Of a stretch of 64,000 nucleotides of DNA, positions 38,212 to 49,903 are shown piece by piece (position 1 is the first letter of the stretch; each line of letters opens with the position of its first letter). The position numbers were made by a program, and so were the translations under genes. Source of the DNA: Vicinamibacteria bacterium (lineage in GTDB: Bacteria > Acidobacteriota > Vicinamibacteria > Marinacidobacterales > Marinacidobacteraceae); the NCBI GenBank assembly GCA_963668695.2, contig CAXXLQ010000004.1:1504001-1568000 (forward strand), written 5' to 3'. Under the pieces are notes generated by a model. That model was not told where the DNA came from, ran no database searches, and saw nothing but the letters and a program-made list of their open reading frames with translations.

Positions 38212-39003
38212 ATGGATCTCGGCATCGCCGGGCGGGTCGCCGTCGTCGCCGCGGGAAGTCAGGGGCTCGGCCGCGCGGTTGCCGAAGCGCTGGCCGCTGA
38301 GGGTGCCCAGGTCGCGATCGGGGCGCGCGGCCGGGACGCGCTCGAGCGGACCGCCGCGGAGATCCGCGACCGCCACGGGGTGGAGGTTCTTGCCCATCGG
38401 GTAGACGTCGGGGATCCGGATGCCGCGTTCGGATTCGTCCGCGCCGCGGAGGAGCGGTTCGGGCAAGTGGACATCCTGGTCACGAACGCCGGCGGGCCGC
38501 CCCCGACCCGCCTGCGGGACACCACACCCGAGCAGTGGCGCGATGCGCTCGCACAGAACCTGCTCTCCTGCGTGAACCTGGTGCGCGCGGCCCTCCCCGG
38601 GATGATCTCGCGCCGCTGGGGGCGGATCCTCGCCATCGCCTCTGTCTCGGTGAAGCAGCCCGTGCCGGACATCATCCTGTCCAACACCGCGCGGTCGGGG
38701 ATCGCCGGTTTCATGAAATCGCTCGCGAACGAGGCCGCGCCCCACGGGGTGCTCGCCAACGTGCTTTGCCCGGGATATACGCGAACCGCGCGGCTCGTGG
38801 AGCTGGCGGACCACCTCGCGGAAGCGCGTGGTTGTTCGGTCGACGAGGTCTACGCCGAATGGTCGGCGGACATCCCGCTCGGACGGGTGGGGGAGCCGGA
38901 AGAGTTCGCCGCCGCCGCGGCATTCCTCGCCTCCGAGCGGGCCAGCTATATCACCGGAACCGTGCTGGCGGTGGACGGCGGCCACATCAAGAGCGTGACG
39001 TGA
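38212..39003 (+). CDS. SDR oxidoreductase
   Basis: AGSQGLG, NAGGPP, SNTAR, PGYTRT, VDGG. Confidence 0.9.
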   Translation: MDLGIAGRVAVVAAGSQGLGRAVAEALAAEGAQVAIGARGRDALERTAAEIRDRHGVEVLAHRVDVGDPDAAFGFVRAAEERFGQVDILVTNAGGPPPTRLRDTTPEQWRDALAQNLLSCVNLVRAALPGMISRRWGRILAIASVSVKQPVPDIILSNTARSGIAGFMKSLANEAAPHGVLANVLCPGYTRTARLVELADHLAEARGCSVDEVYAEWSADIPLGRVGEPEEFAAAAAFLASERASYITGTVLAVDGGHIKSVT

Positions 39004-40259
39004 CATTGGGCGGCGGGCCGGACCGGGATATCTACCGGTCTCTGCTGGCGTACGAGAACCTTGGACTCCTCTTGGAGTTGGCGGTCGAAGCGTTCAACGC
39101 GACGGTCTCAGAGTTCACCGCAGCTGGTTGCATCGCCCCCGTGCCTCCGCGCGACCGCCGCCGTATTGAGGACTTCGCCGACCTCCACGACATGCTCCGC
39201 AGTCGCTTCATCTTGGAGACCAAAGGTGACGTGTCGTTCCAGTGGCTTGCCGACACTTTCAAGCGCGACGTCAAAGGCCGTTCCGACTATGACTCCCTCT
39301 CTCGGACGTGTCACGAACTCTCGCCCACGTTCCGGTTCATTCAGAGCCACCGGAATCGCCAGCAACACAGCCGGGCACGCGGGACCCCCGCCCAGATCAG
39401 GGCCTTGGCCAGTGCCATCCAACAGGTTCTTGAACTTGCGACTCCCATGTTTCGCGAGACCCGAGCGGAAGAACTCGCGGCTCTTCACAATCACTGCCAT
39501 CGCGCGATCAACGTCCAGCTCCGGGAATCGGATGCGTCGTCGGAGGCTCCTCACGTCCCGAAAGGTCCGCCACTGGCCGCAAGATCAGTGCGCCTGGAGC
39601 TCACTTCCGGGTCTGGCGGCGAGCCGGTTTCTGAATGGATCGCACGCCGAGGAGATGTGCTGCCCCGAGAGGGCCAATGTGTGCTCCAGATCGGCGGACT
39701 TCAGGAGCCGGGCGGTGACGTCCTTCTCCGGCTGGCCCTGTGGATGACGAGCTTCCATGACCCAGCGAGCGGAGTCCTCCTCGAAAAGGTGGTGCTCCGG
39801 AATGCCGCCGTCCGGCAGGCCGTAGTTGCGGGGACCTTGGAGCTCCGCTGTGATTTCGGAATTAGCGCGGAGGGCTGGCTTGACCTCAACGTTTCAACAT
39901 CGGGGTCGCCGCCAGTGAGGATCGCCACACGCCGGTTTCCTTATCCGCAGCGCCCGGAGCAGTTCGCAAAGATCTGCGGGACGCGGTTAGATCTCGCGCG
40001 AGACGCCGTTTGGCAGCACGTTGATGCCTGGAGCACGGAGTTGGGCCGCGATGACGAGCCCGGCTCTGAAAAAGGGATCGAGGAGGCTGAGAAACTTCAG
40101 TATCGCCTACTGCGCGCTCTCGTGGACCTACACGATTGCATCCAAGGCTGCCTTGGCGTAGAGGGGCGGTACTTACCGGGCGAGGAGATTCTCGACGACG
40201 ATCTCAATGACCTGGTGCGCAACTGCACAGAGGGGTTTTCCGGGGGCTGGTCGGTGTGA
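39000..40259 (+). CDS. Hypothetical protein: candidate HEPN domain plus Hsp70-like C-terminal region
   Basis: GTGA-coupled to the SDR; lower GC; RNRQQH (RX4H) motif; SVRLEL..EWIARRGDVLP..LRCDFGISAEGWLDLNVS. Confidence 0.55.
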   Translation: MTLGGGPDRDIYRSLLAYENLGLLLELAVEAFNATVSEFTAAGCIAPVPPRDRRRIEDFADLHDMLRSRFILETKGDVSFQWLADTFKRDVKGRSDYDSLSRTCHELSPTFRFIQSHRNRQQHSRARGTPAQIRALASAIQQVLELATPMFRETRAEELAALHNHCHRAINVQLRESDASSEAPHVPKGPPLAARSVRLELTSGSGGEPVSEWIARRGDVLPREGQCVLQIGGLQEPGGDVLLRLALWMTSFHDPASGVLLEKVVLRNAAVRQAVVAGTLELRCDFGISAEGWLDLNVSTSGSPPVRIATRRFPYPQRPEQFAKICGTRLDLARDAVWQHVDAWSTELGRDDEPGSEKGIEEAEKLQYRLLRALVDLHDCIQGCLGVEGRYLPGEEILDDDLNDLVRNCTEGFSGGWSV

Positions 40260-40260
40260 T

Positions 40261-40635
40261 CTAGCGTGCTGCAGCCGGGTGGTACTGGCGCACCAGCAGG
40301 TCGGCCGGAAGGTTCCATTTGGCCGAGAGGGCCCGGATCATCGGCAGTGTCAACGGGCGCCAGCGACTGAGCACTTCCGAGGTGCGTGGCTGGGAGCCGA
40401 TCAGGGCAGCGAGATCCTTCTGCCGTAGGCCGCGGGCTTTCATGGACTGCTGGATCGCCGAGACGGGATCGGGGGCCTCCACGGGCCAACCCGCGGCTTC
40501 GTAGGCTTCGACCAGCGTCACGAGGATCTCGAGTTCGTCGCTTTTGGTGTCTCAGGTGGCGCGCTCATGAGGCGGTCGATGGCAGCCAACGCCGCGCCGT
40601 CGTCGCTTTCGTTCTTGATCGGCTTGGATGTCCAT
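40261..40635 (-). pseudogene. higA: HigA-like HTH antitoxin, frameshifted
   Basis: MDI/KPIKNE..ALAAIDRLM / ELEILVTLVEAYE..PDPVSAI..GLRQKDL..SEVL..LTLPMIRAL, split by +1 and -1 indels. Confidence 0.8.
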
Positions 40636-40648
40636 CGTGAACCCCTCA

Positions 40649-40750
40649 TCAGATTGTGGACGCCTCGACCGCGTCGCAATGAACGTGCGCTCCAACAAAG
40701 CGTACGAATCCGATGCGGTTCGGATGATCCAAACGCATGATGAGTTCGCC
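40649..40750 (-). pseudogene. higB: HigB toxin 3' remnant
   Basis: LIMRLDHPNRIGFVRFVGAH..DAVEASTI matches the HigB C-terminal pattern; N-terminus missing. Confidence 0.7.
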
Positions 40751-41030
40751 CGTGATCCGGTCCTCCTGCAAACTCCGCCGGGGATGATGAGGCGCCGCCC
40801 GGGGCAGGGGGGTGGCGGGACTGGGGTTGGGAGCCGGCGCCGCGCTGACGTTGGCATGGCCGAGCGTCATCGGCGGTGGTTTCGCGCTCTCGCGCGATGC
40901 CGACCAGAGGTCCGGCGTTCCAAGCCGTCCCCGCGCTTTTTCGCGGTGAGCAGTGCGCGGTGCTGGCTGGACGTCGGTGTTCCCGGGCCGGCGGCGCCCT
41001 CCGGGGTCGCTGGATCGGTCCTTGCATACG

Positions 41031-41059
41031 TTGACCTCACGCCGCCGATCCGGTACCTT
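41031..41059 (+). promoter_or_regulatory. Putative sigma70 promoter for nuoL
   Basis: TTGACC-17 bp-TACCTT. Confidence 0.55.
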
Positions 41060-41106
41060 CCGCGCGCCGTTTATTCCTGTACTTCAGGAGTGCTCAGTAA
41101 GCCGTT

Positions 41107-43131
41107 TTGAACTCCCTGCTCTGGCTCATCCCGGTAATTCCCGGGTTGGGTGCGGCAATTAATGGACTCTTCGGGAAACGCCTCGGCCAGCGGCTGAGCG
41201 GCGCGCTCGCCTGCGGTTCGGTCGCAGCGTCGTTCCTGATCGCGCTCGGCTTCTTCTTCACGGTGTTCCTCGCCGAGGGCGGGGCGTCCGCCAGGGTCGA
41301 GCAGTCCCTGTTCTCCTGGATCCCGAGCATGGGGGTGGACTGGGCCTACCGCCTGGACTCGCTCTCGATGGTGATGATCCTGGTGGTCACCGGCATCGGC
41401 CTGCTGATCCACATCTACTCGCTCGGCTACATGAGCCACGACGGCGGCTTCAGCCGGTTCTTCGCCTACCTGAACCTGTTCATGTTTTTCATGCTGAACC
41501 TGGTTCTCGGGGCGAACATGCTGCTCATGTTCATCGGTTGGGAGGGGGTCGGACTCTGCTCCTACCTGCTGATCGGGTTCTGGTTCGAGCGGCCGGCGGC
41601 GGCGCAGGCGGGGAAGAAGGCGTTCATCGTGAACCGGATCGGAGACGCCGGTTTCATCCTCGCGGTGATGCTCACCTTCGTCACCTTCGGGACCCTGGAC
41701 TTTTATGGGGTCATGGGCGAGATCGGCGCTTCCGACATGCACGGCGGGGTGCTCACCGCGATCGGGATGCTGCTCTTCGTCGGCGCCGCCGGCAAGTCGG
41801 CGCAGATCCCGCTCTATGTGTGGCTGCCCGATGCGATGGAGGGGCCGACTCCGGTTTCCGCCCTGATCCACGCGGCGACCATGGTGACCGCCGGGGTCTA
41901 CATGGTGGCCCGCAGCGGTGTGCTCTTCTCGCACGCCCCGGCGGCGATGGCGCTGGTGGCCACCGTGGGGGCCGTAACCGCCCTCTTCGCGGCCTCCATC
42001 GCACTCTTCCAGAACGACATCAAGAAGGTACTTGCCTACTCCACCGTCTCCCAGCTCGGCTACATGTTCCTAGGCGCCGGCGTGGGAGCCTTTGGTGCGG
42101 CGATCTTCCACCTGATGACCCACGCCTTCTTCAAGGCGTGCCTCTTCCTTGGTTCCGGAAGCGTGATCCACGCCATGGAGCACGCCGAACACGCCTCCGG
42201 CGGGAAGCGCCACTACACCGAGATGCAGGACATGCGGAACATGGGCGGCCTCGCGCGCCACCTGCCCAGGACCGCGTACACCTTCATGATCGCCACCGTG
42301 GCGATCACCGGCATTCCGCCGCTCGCCGGGTTCTTCAGCAAGGACGAAATCCTCTGGAAGACCATCGACGGTGGCCACTCCGCGTTGTGGGTGCTCGCCG
42401 CGGCGGCGGCAGCGATGACCGCCTTCTACATGACCCGGCAGGTCATCATGACCTTCTGGGGCGACTTCCGCGGCGGCGCGAAGATGGAGAAGCACCTCCA
42501 CGAGTCGGCGCCTTCGATGACCGTGCCCCTCGTCATCCTCGCGGGCGGTTCGGTGCTCGCCGGTTTCGTCGGGGTCCCGGCGGCTCTCGGAGGCGCGAAC
42601 CGCATCGAACACTTCCTCGAGCCCGCCATCTTCGCCGGCGGCCACGGGCCGGCCGCGGCGCACCACGCTTCGAACGCCGTGGAGTACGCTTTCATGGCGA
42701 TTTCGGTGGCGCTCGCCGCCGGCGGCATCTGGTTCGCCTACCGGCGCTACTGGAAGGGGCCGACCCGGGACGCCTCGCTCGCCGGCAGCCGCGTCTACCA
42801 GACGCTGCTCAACAAGTACTACGTGGACGAGGCCTACGATGCGACCGCGGTGAACGGAACGCTGCGCGGCGGCGAGGGCCTCTACCGCTTCGATCAGCGG
42901 GTCGTGGACGGGGCCGTCAACGGCGCCGCGTCGGTCACGCGGCTCGCCGGTGATCTTTCCGATCTGAGCGATCAGAACCTCGTGGACCGTGCGGTCAACC
43001 TGATTGGCGAGATTCTGGGAGCCGCGTCCACGCGGTTCCGGCGGCTCCAGACCGGGCTCTTCCAGAACTACGCCCTTCTCATGTTGTTCGCCGTGGTCCT
43101 GCTCGCCGGGGCCCTAACCCTTTGGAGTTAG
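41107..43131 (+). CDS. nuoL: NADH-quinone oxidoreductase subunit L
   Basis: GWEGVGLCSY, NRIGD, GKSAQIPL..WLPDAMEGPTPVSALIHAATMV, HAFFKA. Confidence 0.95.
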   Translation: MNSLLWLIPVIPGLGAAINGLFGKRLGQRLSGALACGSVAASFLIALGFFFTVFLAEGGASARVEQSLFSWIPSMGVDWAYRLDSLSMVMILVVTGIGLLIHIYSLGYMSHDGGFSRFFAYLNLFMFFMLNLVLGANMLLMFIGWEGVGLCSYLLIGFWFERPAAAQAGKKAFIVNRIGDAGFILAVMLTFVTFGTLDFYGVMGEIGASDMHGGVLTAIGMLLFVGAAGKSAQIPLYVWLPDAMEGPTPVSALIHAATMVTAGVYMVARSGVLFSHAPAAMALVATVGAVTALFAASIALFQNDIKKVLAYSTVSQLGYMFLGAGVGAFGAAIFHLMTHAFFKACLFLGSGSVIHAMEHAEHASGGKRHYTEMQDMRNMGGLARHLPRTAYTFMIATVAITGIPPLAGFFSKDEILWKTIDGGHSALWVLAAAAAAMTAFYMTRQVIMTFWGDFRGGAKMEKHLHESAPSMTVPLVILAGGSVLAGFVGVPAALGGANRIEHFLEPAIFAGGHGPAAAHHASNAVEYAFMAISVALAAGGIWFAYRRYWKGPTRDASLAGSRVYQTLLNKYYVDEAYDATAVNGTLRGGEGLYRFDQRVVDGAVNGAASVTRLAGDLSDLSDQNLVDRAVNLIGEILGAASTRFRRLQTGLFQNYALLMLFAVVLLAGALTLWS

Positions 43132-43322
43132 CAGTCCGTGGACAGAGTGAACCGGCATTCGAGCGGCGATCCATCCCGGCTGAATCGCTTTGCTCTGCGT
43201 TGCGATCCAGTCGGAATACGGCTCCGGTATGCCTCCCGAATCGCGCCTTGTCAGCCGGGCGCCTCGCCCCCACCGGGAGAACTGGCCGCTCTCGGTGCTC
43301 GCCCCACCCTGCCCATGGACTG
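43132..43322 (-). mobile_element. MITE copy at the nuoL stop codon
   Basis: Follows TTAG; ends CAGTCCGTGGACAGAGTG / CACCCTGCCCATGGACTG. Confidence 0.75.
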
Positions 43323-43384
43323 CTGAGCTGATGGCTGACGCCGACCGCGGTTAGCCCTTCCAGCCTCAGCTCCGGAAAAGCCGA

Positions 43385-44989
<1,605 letters not shown>

Positions 44990-45349
44990 GCATCTCGGCA
45001 TTTGAGCGGCGATGCATCCCGGCTGACCGCTTCGCTCTGCGTTGCGATTCGGTCGGAATACGCCCGGTATGCCTCCCGAATCGCGCCTTGTCAGCCGGGC
45101 GCCTCGCCCCCACCGGGAGAACTGGCCGCTCTCGGCGCTCGACCTGCCTAGCAGCCTGTGGTGAAACCCAGGCGGCGTTCGAGCGGCGATGCATCCCGCC
45201 TGAACCGCGGCGCTTTGCGGCGCTTTGCGTTGCGTTTCGGTCGAAATACACCCGGTATTCCTCCCTCACGCGCCTTGTCAGCCGGGCGCCTCGCCCCCAC
45301 CGGGAGAACTGGCTGCTCTCGGCGCTCACCCGGGTTCCACCACAGGCTG
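44990..45349 (-). mobile_element. Degenerate MITE (44990-45147) plus intact MITE (45152-45349)
   Basis: The intact copy has CAGCCTGTGGTGAAACCC / GGGTTCCACCACAGGCTG and CTAG on both sides. Confidence 0.88.
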
Positions 45350-45420
45350 CTAGTCCACGGGCCGCTGGCGACGACTGAGATCGCCGCACTCCGCTCCCCG
45401 CGGGCGGCGGAGCGTTACCG

Positions 45421-45690
45421 GTGACCCAGGAGCCCTCACGCGCTCCGCAAGTCGCGCCCCGCGCCCGGATGCTGACTCTGCTCAGCCTCGGCTTTTCGGT
45501 GCCGATGGCGATCGTGATCGGTGGCGCGGCCGGCTGGCTGGCGGACCGCTGGCTCGGAACCGCGCCCTGGCTCTTCCTGGTATTCCTCGGCTTCGGAATC
45601 GTCGCCGGCCTCCGGAACGTAGTCCGCGCCGCTTTGGCGGTCGCGGGGGATGACCCGCCGGGTAACGACTCCGGGAGCGAGGACTCATGA
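45421..45690 (+). CDS. atpZ: AtpZ/AtpI-family protein (ATPase gene 1)
   Basis: GWLADRWLGTAPW..GFGIVAG; first gene of the Fo cluster. Confidence 0.8.
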   Translation: MTQEPSRAPQVAPRARMLTLLSLGFSVPMAIVIGGAAGWLADRWLGTAPWLFLVFLGFGIVAGLRNVVRAALAVAGDDPPGNDSGSEDS

Positions 45691-46139
45691 CAGAGTCGGC
45701 AACACCGCCTGATGGCGCCCGCGAGGTGCGCCTGACGCGCCGGGCTCTCGCCTTCGGAGCCGCCGCCGGGCTGATCGGGCTCGCGTTCGGCCCCCGGATC
45801 GGGCTTTCGGTGCTCGGCGGAGCGACGGTCTCGGTCCTGAACATCGTCGCCCTCCGCCGGACGGCTGCGGGCCTGACCGCCGCTGCTTCGGCCCGCTCGG
45901 CAATCGCGCTCGCGGCGCTCACCGGAGTGCGCTATCTCTTGCTCGGGGGGGCGCTGTTTGCGATAATTGCTCTCTGGGGCGCCGACGTGATCGGCGTCGT
46001 GTGCGGGTTGGGCGCGCCGCTGCTGGCCGTCCTGCTGGAGTTTGGAAGCGGGGGCTTCGCGGCCCTTCGTACACCGGCACCCCTTCCTCCACCGGATCGA
46101 CCGGAGGGCAGGGAGGAGCCCCCATCCGACGTCCGCTGA
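45687..46139 (+). CDS. atpI: ATP synthase subunit I
   Basis: Four hydrophobic helices, GGATVSVLN, RYLL; lies before atpB. Confidence 0.7.
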   Translation: MTESATPPDGAREVRLTRRALAFGAAAGLIGLAFGPRIGLSVLGGATVSVLNIVALRRTAAGLTAAASARSAIALAALTGVRYLLLGGALFAIIALWGADVIGVVCGLGAPLLAVLLEFGSGGFAALRTPAPLPPPDRPEGREEPPSDVR

Positions 46140-46178
46140 CCGTTCCTCTTTCTTTCGGCCCCCATTCTTCGCGCGACC

Positions 46179-46868
46179 ATGGAAATCCACCATTCCTCAG
46201 CCCTCACCCACTGGATCGAGGAGTGGTTCCATGCCCATCCGCCCGACCATGTGGTGATGGCGGTTTTCGTGGCGGTCGTTCTCTCCGCCTTCGCGATCTT
46301 CTTCCGCCGCCGGATCTCGGTCGAAAACCCCGGCCGGCTCCAACTGCTCCTCGAAGGGCTGGTCGGCGGGCTGCTCTCGCTGCTCCGGGACAATGTGGGA
46401 GCGAAGGGACGCCCCTTCCTGGGTCTCGTCGGCACCCTCGCTCTCTTCATCCTGGTGAGCAACCTGTTCGGGCTGGTGCCGTATTTCTCTTCGCCCACGG
46501 TCAACATCAACATGCCGGTGGGCTGCGCGCTGGTGGCCTTTTTTTACTACAACTTCCAGGGCATCCGGGCGCACGGCGCGAGGAAGTACTTCGCGCACTT
46601 CCTCGGCCCGAGCCCGTATCTCGCCGTGTTGATGCTGCCGATCGAGATCATCAGCCACCTGAGCCGCATCCTTTCGCTCTCGGTCCGGCTCTTCGGAAAC
46701 ATCTTCGGCGAAGAGCTGGTGGTCATCGTGTTCGCCTTTCTGATCCCGTTCGTGGTGCCGGTCCCGATGATGGCCTTCGGGGTCTTCGGGAGCACCCTCC
46801 AGGCGTTCGTGTTCACCATGCTCACCGTCATCTACCTCGGCGGCGCGGTCGCCGCCGAGGAACACTGA
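46179..46868 (+). CDS. atpB: ATP synthase Fo subunit a
   Basis: NLFGLVP, SLSVRLFGNI, LQAFVFTML. Confidence 0.95.
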   Translation: MEIHHSSALTHWIEEWFHAHPPDHVVMAVFVAVVLSAFAIFFRRRISVENPGRLQLLLEGLVGGLLSLLRDNVGAKGRPFLGLVGTLALFILVSNLFGLVPYFSSPTVNINMPVGCALVAFFYYNFQGIRAHGARKYFAHFLGPSPYLAVLMLPIEIISHLSRILSLSVRLFGNIFGEELVVIVFAFLIPFVVPVPMMAFGVFGSTLQAFVFTMLTVIYLGGAVAAEEH

Positions 46869-46901
46869 TTCCAATCCCAACAGATCAAGGAGAAAACAAC
46901 C

Positions 46902-47225
46902 GTGTCCAACAAGTTTCGGACAACCCTGCTGGCCGTCTTCGGCGTTCTCGCCGCTTCCCCGGTCTTCGCCCAGGGAACCTGGGATCCGGTGGTGACCCAG
47001 TGGGCGATGATTTCGGCGGCCGGGGCGATCGCCATCGCCGCCGCCTTTGGCGCCACGGCCCAGGGACGCGCGGTTGCCGGCGCCTGTGAGGCCCTCGCCC
47101 GAAACCCCGGCGCCGCCGCGCAGATCCGCTTCTCGCTGCTCCTCGGTCTGGTGCTGATCGAGTCGCTCGTCATCTACGCCTTCGTCACCGCGCTCATCAT
47201 CTTCTTCGTCCGCTGGAACACCTGA
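46902..47225 (+). CDS. atpE: ATP synthase Fo subunit c
   Basis: ARNPG loop, LIESL carboxylate; N-terminal leader. Confidence 0.92.
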   Translation: MSNKFRTTLLAVFGVLAASPVFAQGTWDPVVTQWAMISAAGAIAIAAAFGATAQGRAVAGACEALARNPGAAAQIRFSLLLGLVLIESLVIYAFVTALIIFFVRWNT

Positions 47226-47341
47226 GTCCGGCTGGCGCGGACCGGGCTCTTGCGCCCGGTCCGCGCCGATCGAACTCATTGGGAACGCCGGCCAGTCCTC
47301 CCGGTGGGGACTTCAGACCGGCATAGCCGTTCGCGTCCGGC

Positions 47342-47377
47342 AGCCATGGACCCGGGCGGTAAGCCTGGTCCATGGTT
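47342..47377 (+). terminator. Stem-loop after atpE
   Basis: AGCCATGGACCCGGGC..GCCTGGTCCATGGTT. Confidence 0.45.
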
Positions 47378-47451
47378 ACCGGCGCGCACGGCGCACCCGC
47401 CCAACGCCCCGACGGCGCGCCCGAACCAGCACCTCTGTCACGGACTGCTAG

Positions 47452-47720
47452 CAGCCGGTGGTCGAACCCGCGTGAGCGCCGAGGCTGGCCAGTTCTCCCG
47501 GTGGGGGCGAGGCCCAGTTCTCCCGGTGGGGGTCCGGCTGACAAGGCGCGTGAGGGAGGAATACCGGGTGTATTGCGACCGAAACGCAACGATGAGCGGC
47601 GCGCAGCGACGCGGTTCAGCCGGGATGGATCGCCGGCCGAACGCCGCGTGGGTTTCATCACCGGTTGTTCAGCCGGGATGGATCGCCGGGCGAACGCCGC
47701 CTGGGTTTCACTACAGGCTG
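47452..47720 (+). mobile_element. MITE copy with duplicated right end
   Basis: CTAG on both sides (47448-47451 and 47721-47724). Confidence 0.88.
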
Positions 47721-47733
47721 CTAGGGTGTTTCC

Positions 47734-48804
47734 ATGGTTCGCCCGTTCCGGTGGGACTCCGAGCGCCGGGTTCTCTGTCTGCTGGACCAGCGCCGGCTCC
47801 CCTCGAAAGAGGTCTGGATCGAGTGCGCCGAACCCGGCCAGGTTGGGGAGGCCATCCGCGAAATGGTCATTCGCGGTGCTCCGGCGATCGGGGTTGCTGC
47901 CGCCTACGCGGTGGTCCTCGGGTTTGCCCGGAACCTGGCCAGCGGAACCGCCGCCGCCCGCTTCGAGGACCTGGCGGCGGCGCTCCTGAACACCCGTCCC
48001 ACCGCGGTCAACCTGGAGAGCGCCCTCGACCGGATGCGGGTCCGACTGGGATCGCTGCTCCCCGGTCCCCGCGCTGATCTCGTCGCCGGTCTCGAGGACG
48101 AGGCGAACCGGATCGCCGCGGAGGATCTGGAAGCGAACCGCCGCCTCGGCGCGCTCGGCGCCGGCCTGTTGCCCCCCGGCGGCGGGCCGGCCCGCGTCCT
48201 GACTCACTGCAATGCGGGCAGCCTTGCCACTTCCGGTTACGGCACCGCTCTCGGGATCGTCCGGGCGGCGGTGGAATCCGGCCGCCGGGTCGAGGTCTTC
48301 GCACCCGAGACCCGGCCGTACCTTCAGGGCGCTCGCCTCACCGCCTGGGAACTCATGGCCGAGAAGATTCCGGTGACCTTGATCACCGATGGGATGGTCG
48401 GCGCCCTGCTCGCCAGGGGAGGGGTCGATGCGGTCGTCGTGGGCGCCGACCGGATCGCCGCGAACGGCGACATCGCCAACAAGATCGGCACCTATCAGGC
48501 CGCCGTGCTCGCGAAGGAACACGGCGTCCCGTTCCTGGTGGCGGCGCCCTTTTCGAGCGTGGATCTGAAAACGCCCACCGGGCGGGACATCCCCATCGAA
48601 GAGCGCCCCCCGGAGGAAGTCGCCGAGATCGCCGGACGGCGGGTGGCGCCCGAGGGCGTCCGGGTATGGAACCCGGCCTTTGACGTAACCCCGGCGAGGT
48701 ACATCACCGCCATCGTCACGGAGCGAGGGATCGCCCACCCGCCCCTGGCCGCCTCCCTTGCCCGTCTCGCGGCCTCGCACGGAAAAGCTCCCGCAGCTAG
48801 GTGA
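47734..48804 (+). CDS. mtnA: Methylthioribose-1-phosphate isomerase
   Basis: IRGAPAIG, RPTAVNL, THCNAG, ETRPYLQG, GADRI, NKIGTY, NPAFD. Confidence 0.95.
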   Translation: MVRPFRWDSERRVLCLLDQRRLPSKEVWIECAEPGQVGEAIREMVIRGAPAIGVAAAYAVVLGFARNLASGTAAARFEDLAAALLNTRPTAVNLESALDRMRVRLGSLLPGPRADLVAGLEDEANRIAAEDLEANRRLGALGAGLLPPGGGPARVLTHCNAGSLATSGYGTALGIVRAAVESGRRVEVFAPETRPYLQGARLTAWELMAEKIPVTLITDGMVGALLARGGVDAVVVGADRIAANGDIANKIGTYQAAVLAKEHGVPFLVAAPFSSVDLKTPTGRDIPIEERPPEEVAEIAGRRVAPEGVRVWNPAFDVTPARYITAIVTERGIAHPPLAASLARLAASHGKAPAAR

Positions 48805-48852
48805 GGGCGATTTGCTAACATCGTGCCATCACGACGCCATGGAGGTGCAATC

Positions 48853-49089
48853 ATGGGTAGCCTCACCATCCGAAATCTGGATGACCACGTCATTCAGGCG
48901 CTTAAGGCGGAGGCCAAGGCGAACCAGCGTTCGATGGAGGCTGAAGCGCGCCACGCTCTACGGGAGCGATTCAACCGGCGTCTTCGCATGGTGCGGCTGC
49001 GGGAGCGTTCCGATGCGCTCTCCAGGCTCACCACGGACGTTCCTCAGACGGACAGTGTCCTGCTGCTGCGCGAAGACCGGGACCGGTGA
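48853..49089 (+). CDS. FitA-like RHH antitoxin
   Basis: MGSLTIRNLDD..RSMEAEAR; C-terminal DSVLLLREDRDR; GGAGG RBS. Confidence 0.85.
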   Translation: MGSLTIRNLDDHVIQALKAEAKANQRSMEAEARHALRERFNRRLRMVRLRERSDALSRLTTDVPQTDSVLLLREDRDR

Positions 49090-49898
49090 GGCTTACGGTT
49101 GACGCCAGTGTGGTCGTCAAGTGGTACGTGCCCGAGGATCTGGCGGACAACGCGCGCTTGTTGCGCGCCCACCGTCTCGAACTCCATGCGCCGGACTTCC
49201 TTCTTGCCGAGTTCGCAAATGTCATCTGGAAGAAGTCTCGCCGAAAGGAAATCTCGGATGTGGCTGGTCACCTGGATGAGATTTCGCGTCTTCCGGAGAA
49301 CATCAGCCTGCGTTCCATGTCCAGCTTGATCGGCCGGGCCAGTCGGATTTCGCTGGCGCTCGATCAAACGGTTTACGACTGCCTCTATCTGGCCTGCGCG
49401 GAGGAAACGTCATCGCCGCTGGTCACGGCAGACCAGACGCTTGCCAACAAGGTCAGTGACAGCGCTCTGGACATCACCGTCCGCCACGTGGGCTCGGCCG
49501 ACTTCGCGGACGACATTGGTGCGGCCGGCACCGCACCAGTCATCACGCGGGAGACGGTTGCGAACCTGGTCGAGGCCTACCGCCTCCTTGAAGCGACCCG
49601 TGAAGCGTTACGCCGCGAGACAAAAGATGGGTTCGAGGTATTGGACATCGGTGCGCTTGAAATGCATCGTGACTCCGCGGCGCGTCGCCGCCTCGTCACG
49701 CTCTTGCGGGGGCTCTCGGAAGAGGAACGTATTGATCTCCTCGCGCTCGGGTGGCTGGGCCGGCCGGATGGTTGGGATTGGAAGTCCTGCTTTGAATACG
49801 CATGCGGCGAGATCGACACCGCCCACGAGAATTACCTGATCCGCAACGGCCAGTTCTGGCAGCGGGGATACGAGCGATTGTTTGACGTCGCTCTTTGA
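49086..49898 (+). CDS. vapC: VapC PIN toxin with C-terminal DUF3775-like extension
   Basis: VDASVVVKW, EFANV, YDCLYLA, TAD; tail LSEEERIDLLALGWLGR. Confidence 0.82.
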   Translation: MRLTVDASVVVKWYVPEDLADNARLLRAHRLELHAPDFLLAEFANVIWKKSRRKEISDVAGHLDEISRLPENISLRSMSSLIGRASRISLALDQTVYDCLYLACAEETSSPLVTADQTLANKVSDSALDITVRHVGSADFADDIGAAGTAPVITRETVANLVEAYRLLEATREALRRETKDGFEVLDIGALEMHRDSAARRRLVTLLRGLSEEERIDLLALGWLGRPDGWDWKSCFEYACGEIDTAHENYLIRNGQFWQRGYERLFDVAL

Positions 49899-49903
49899 AG
49901 ACC

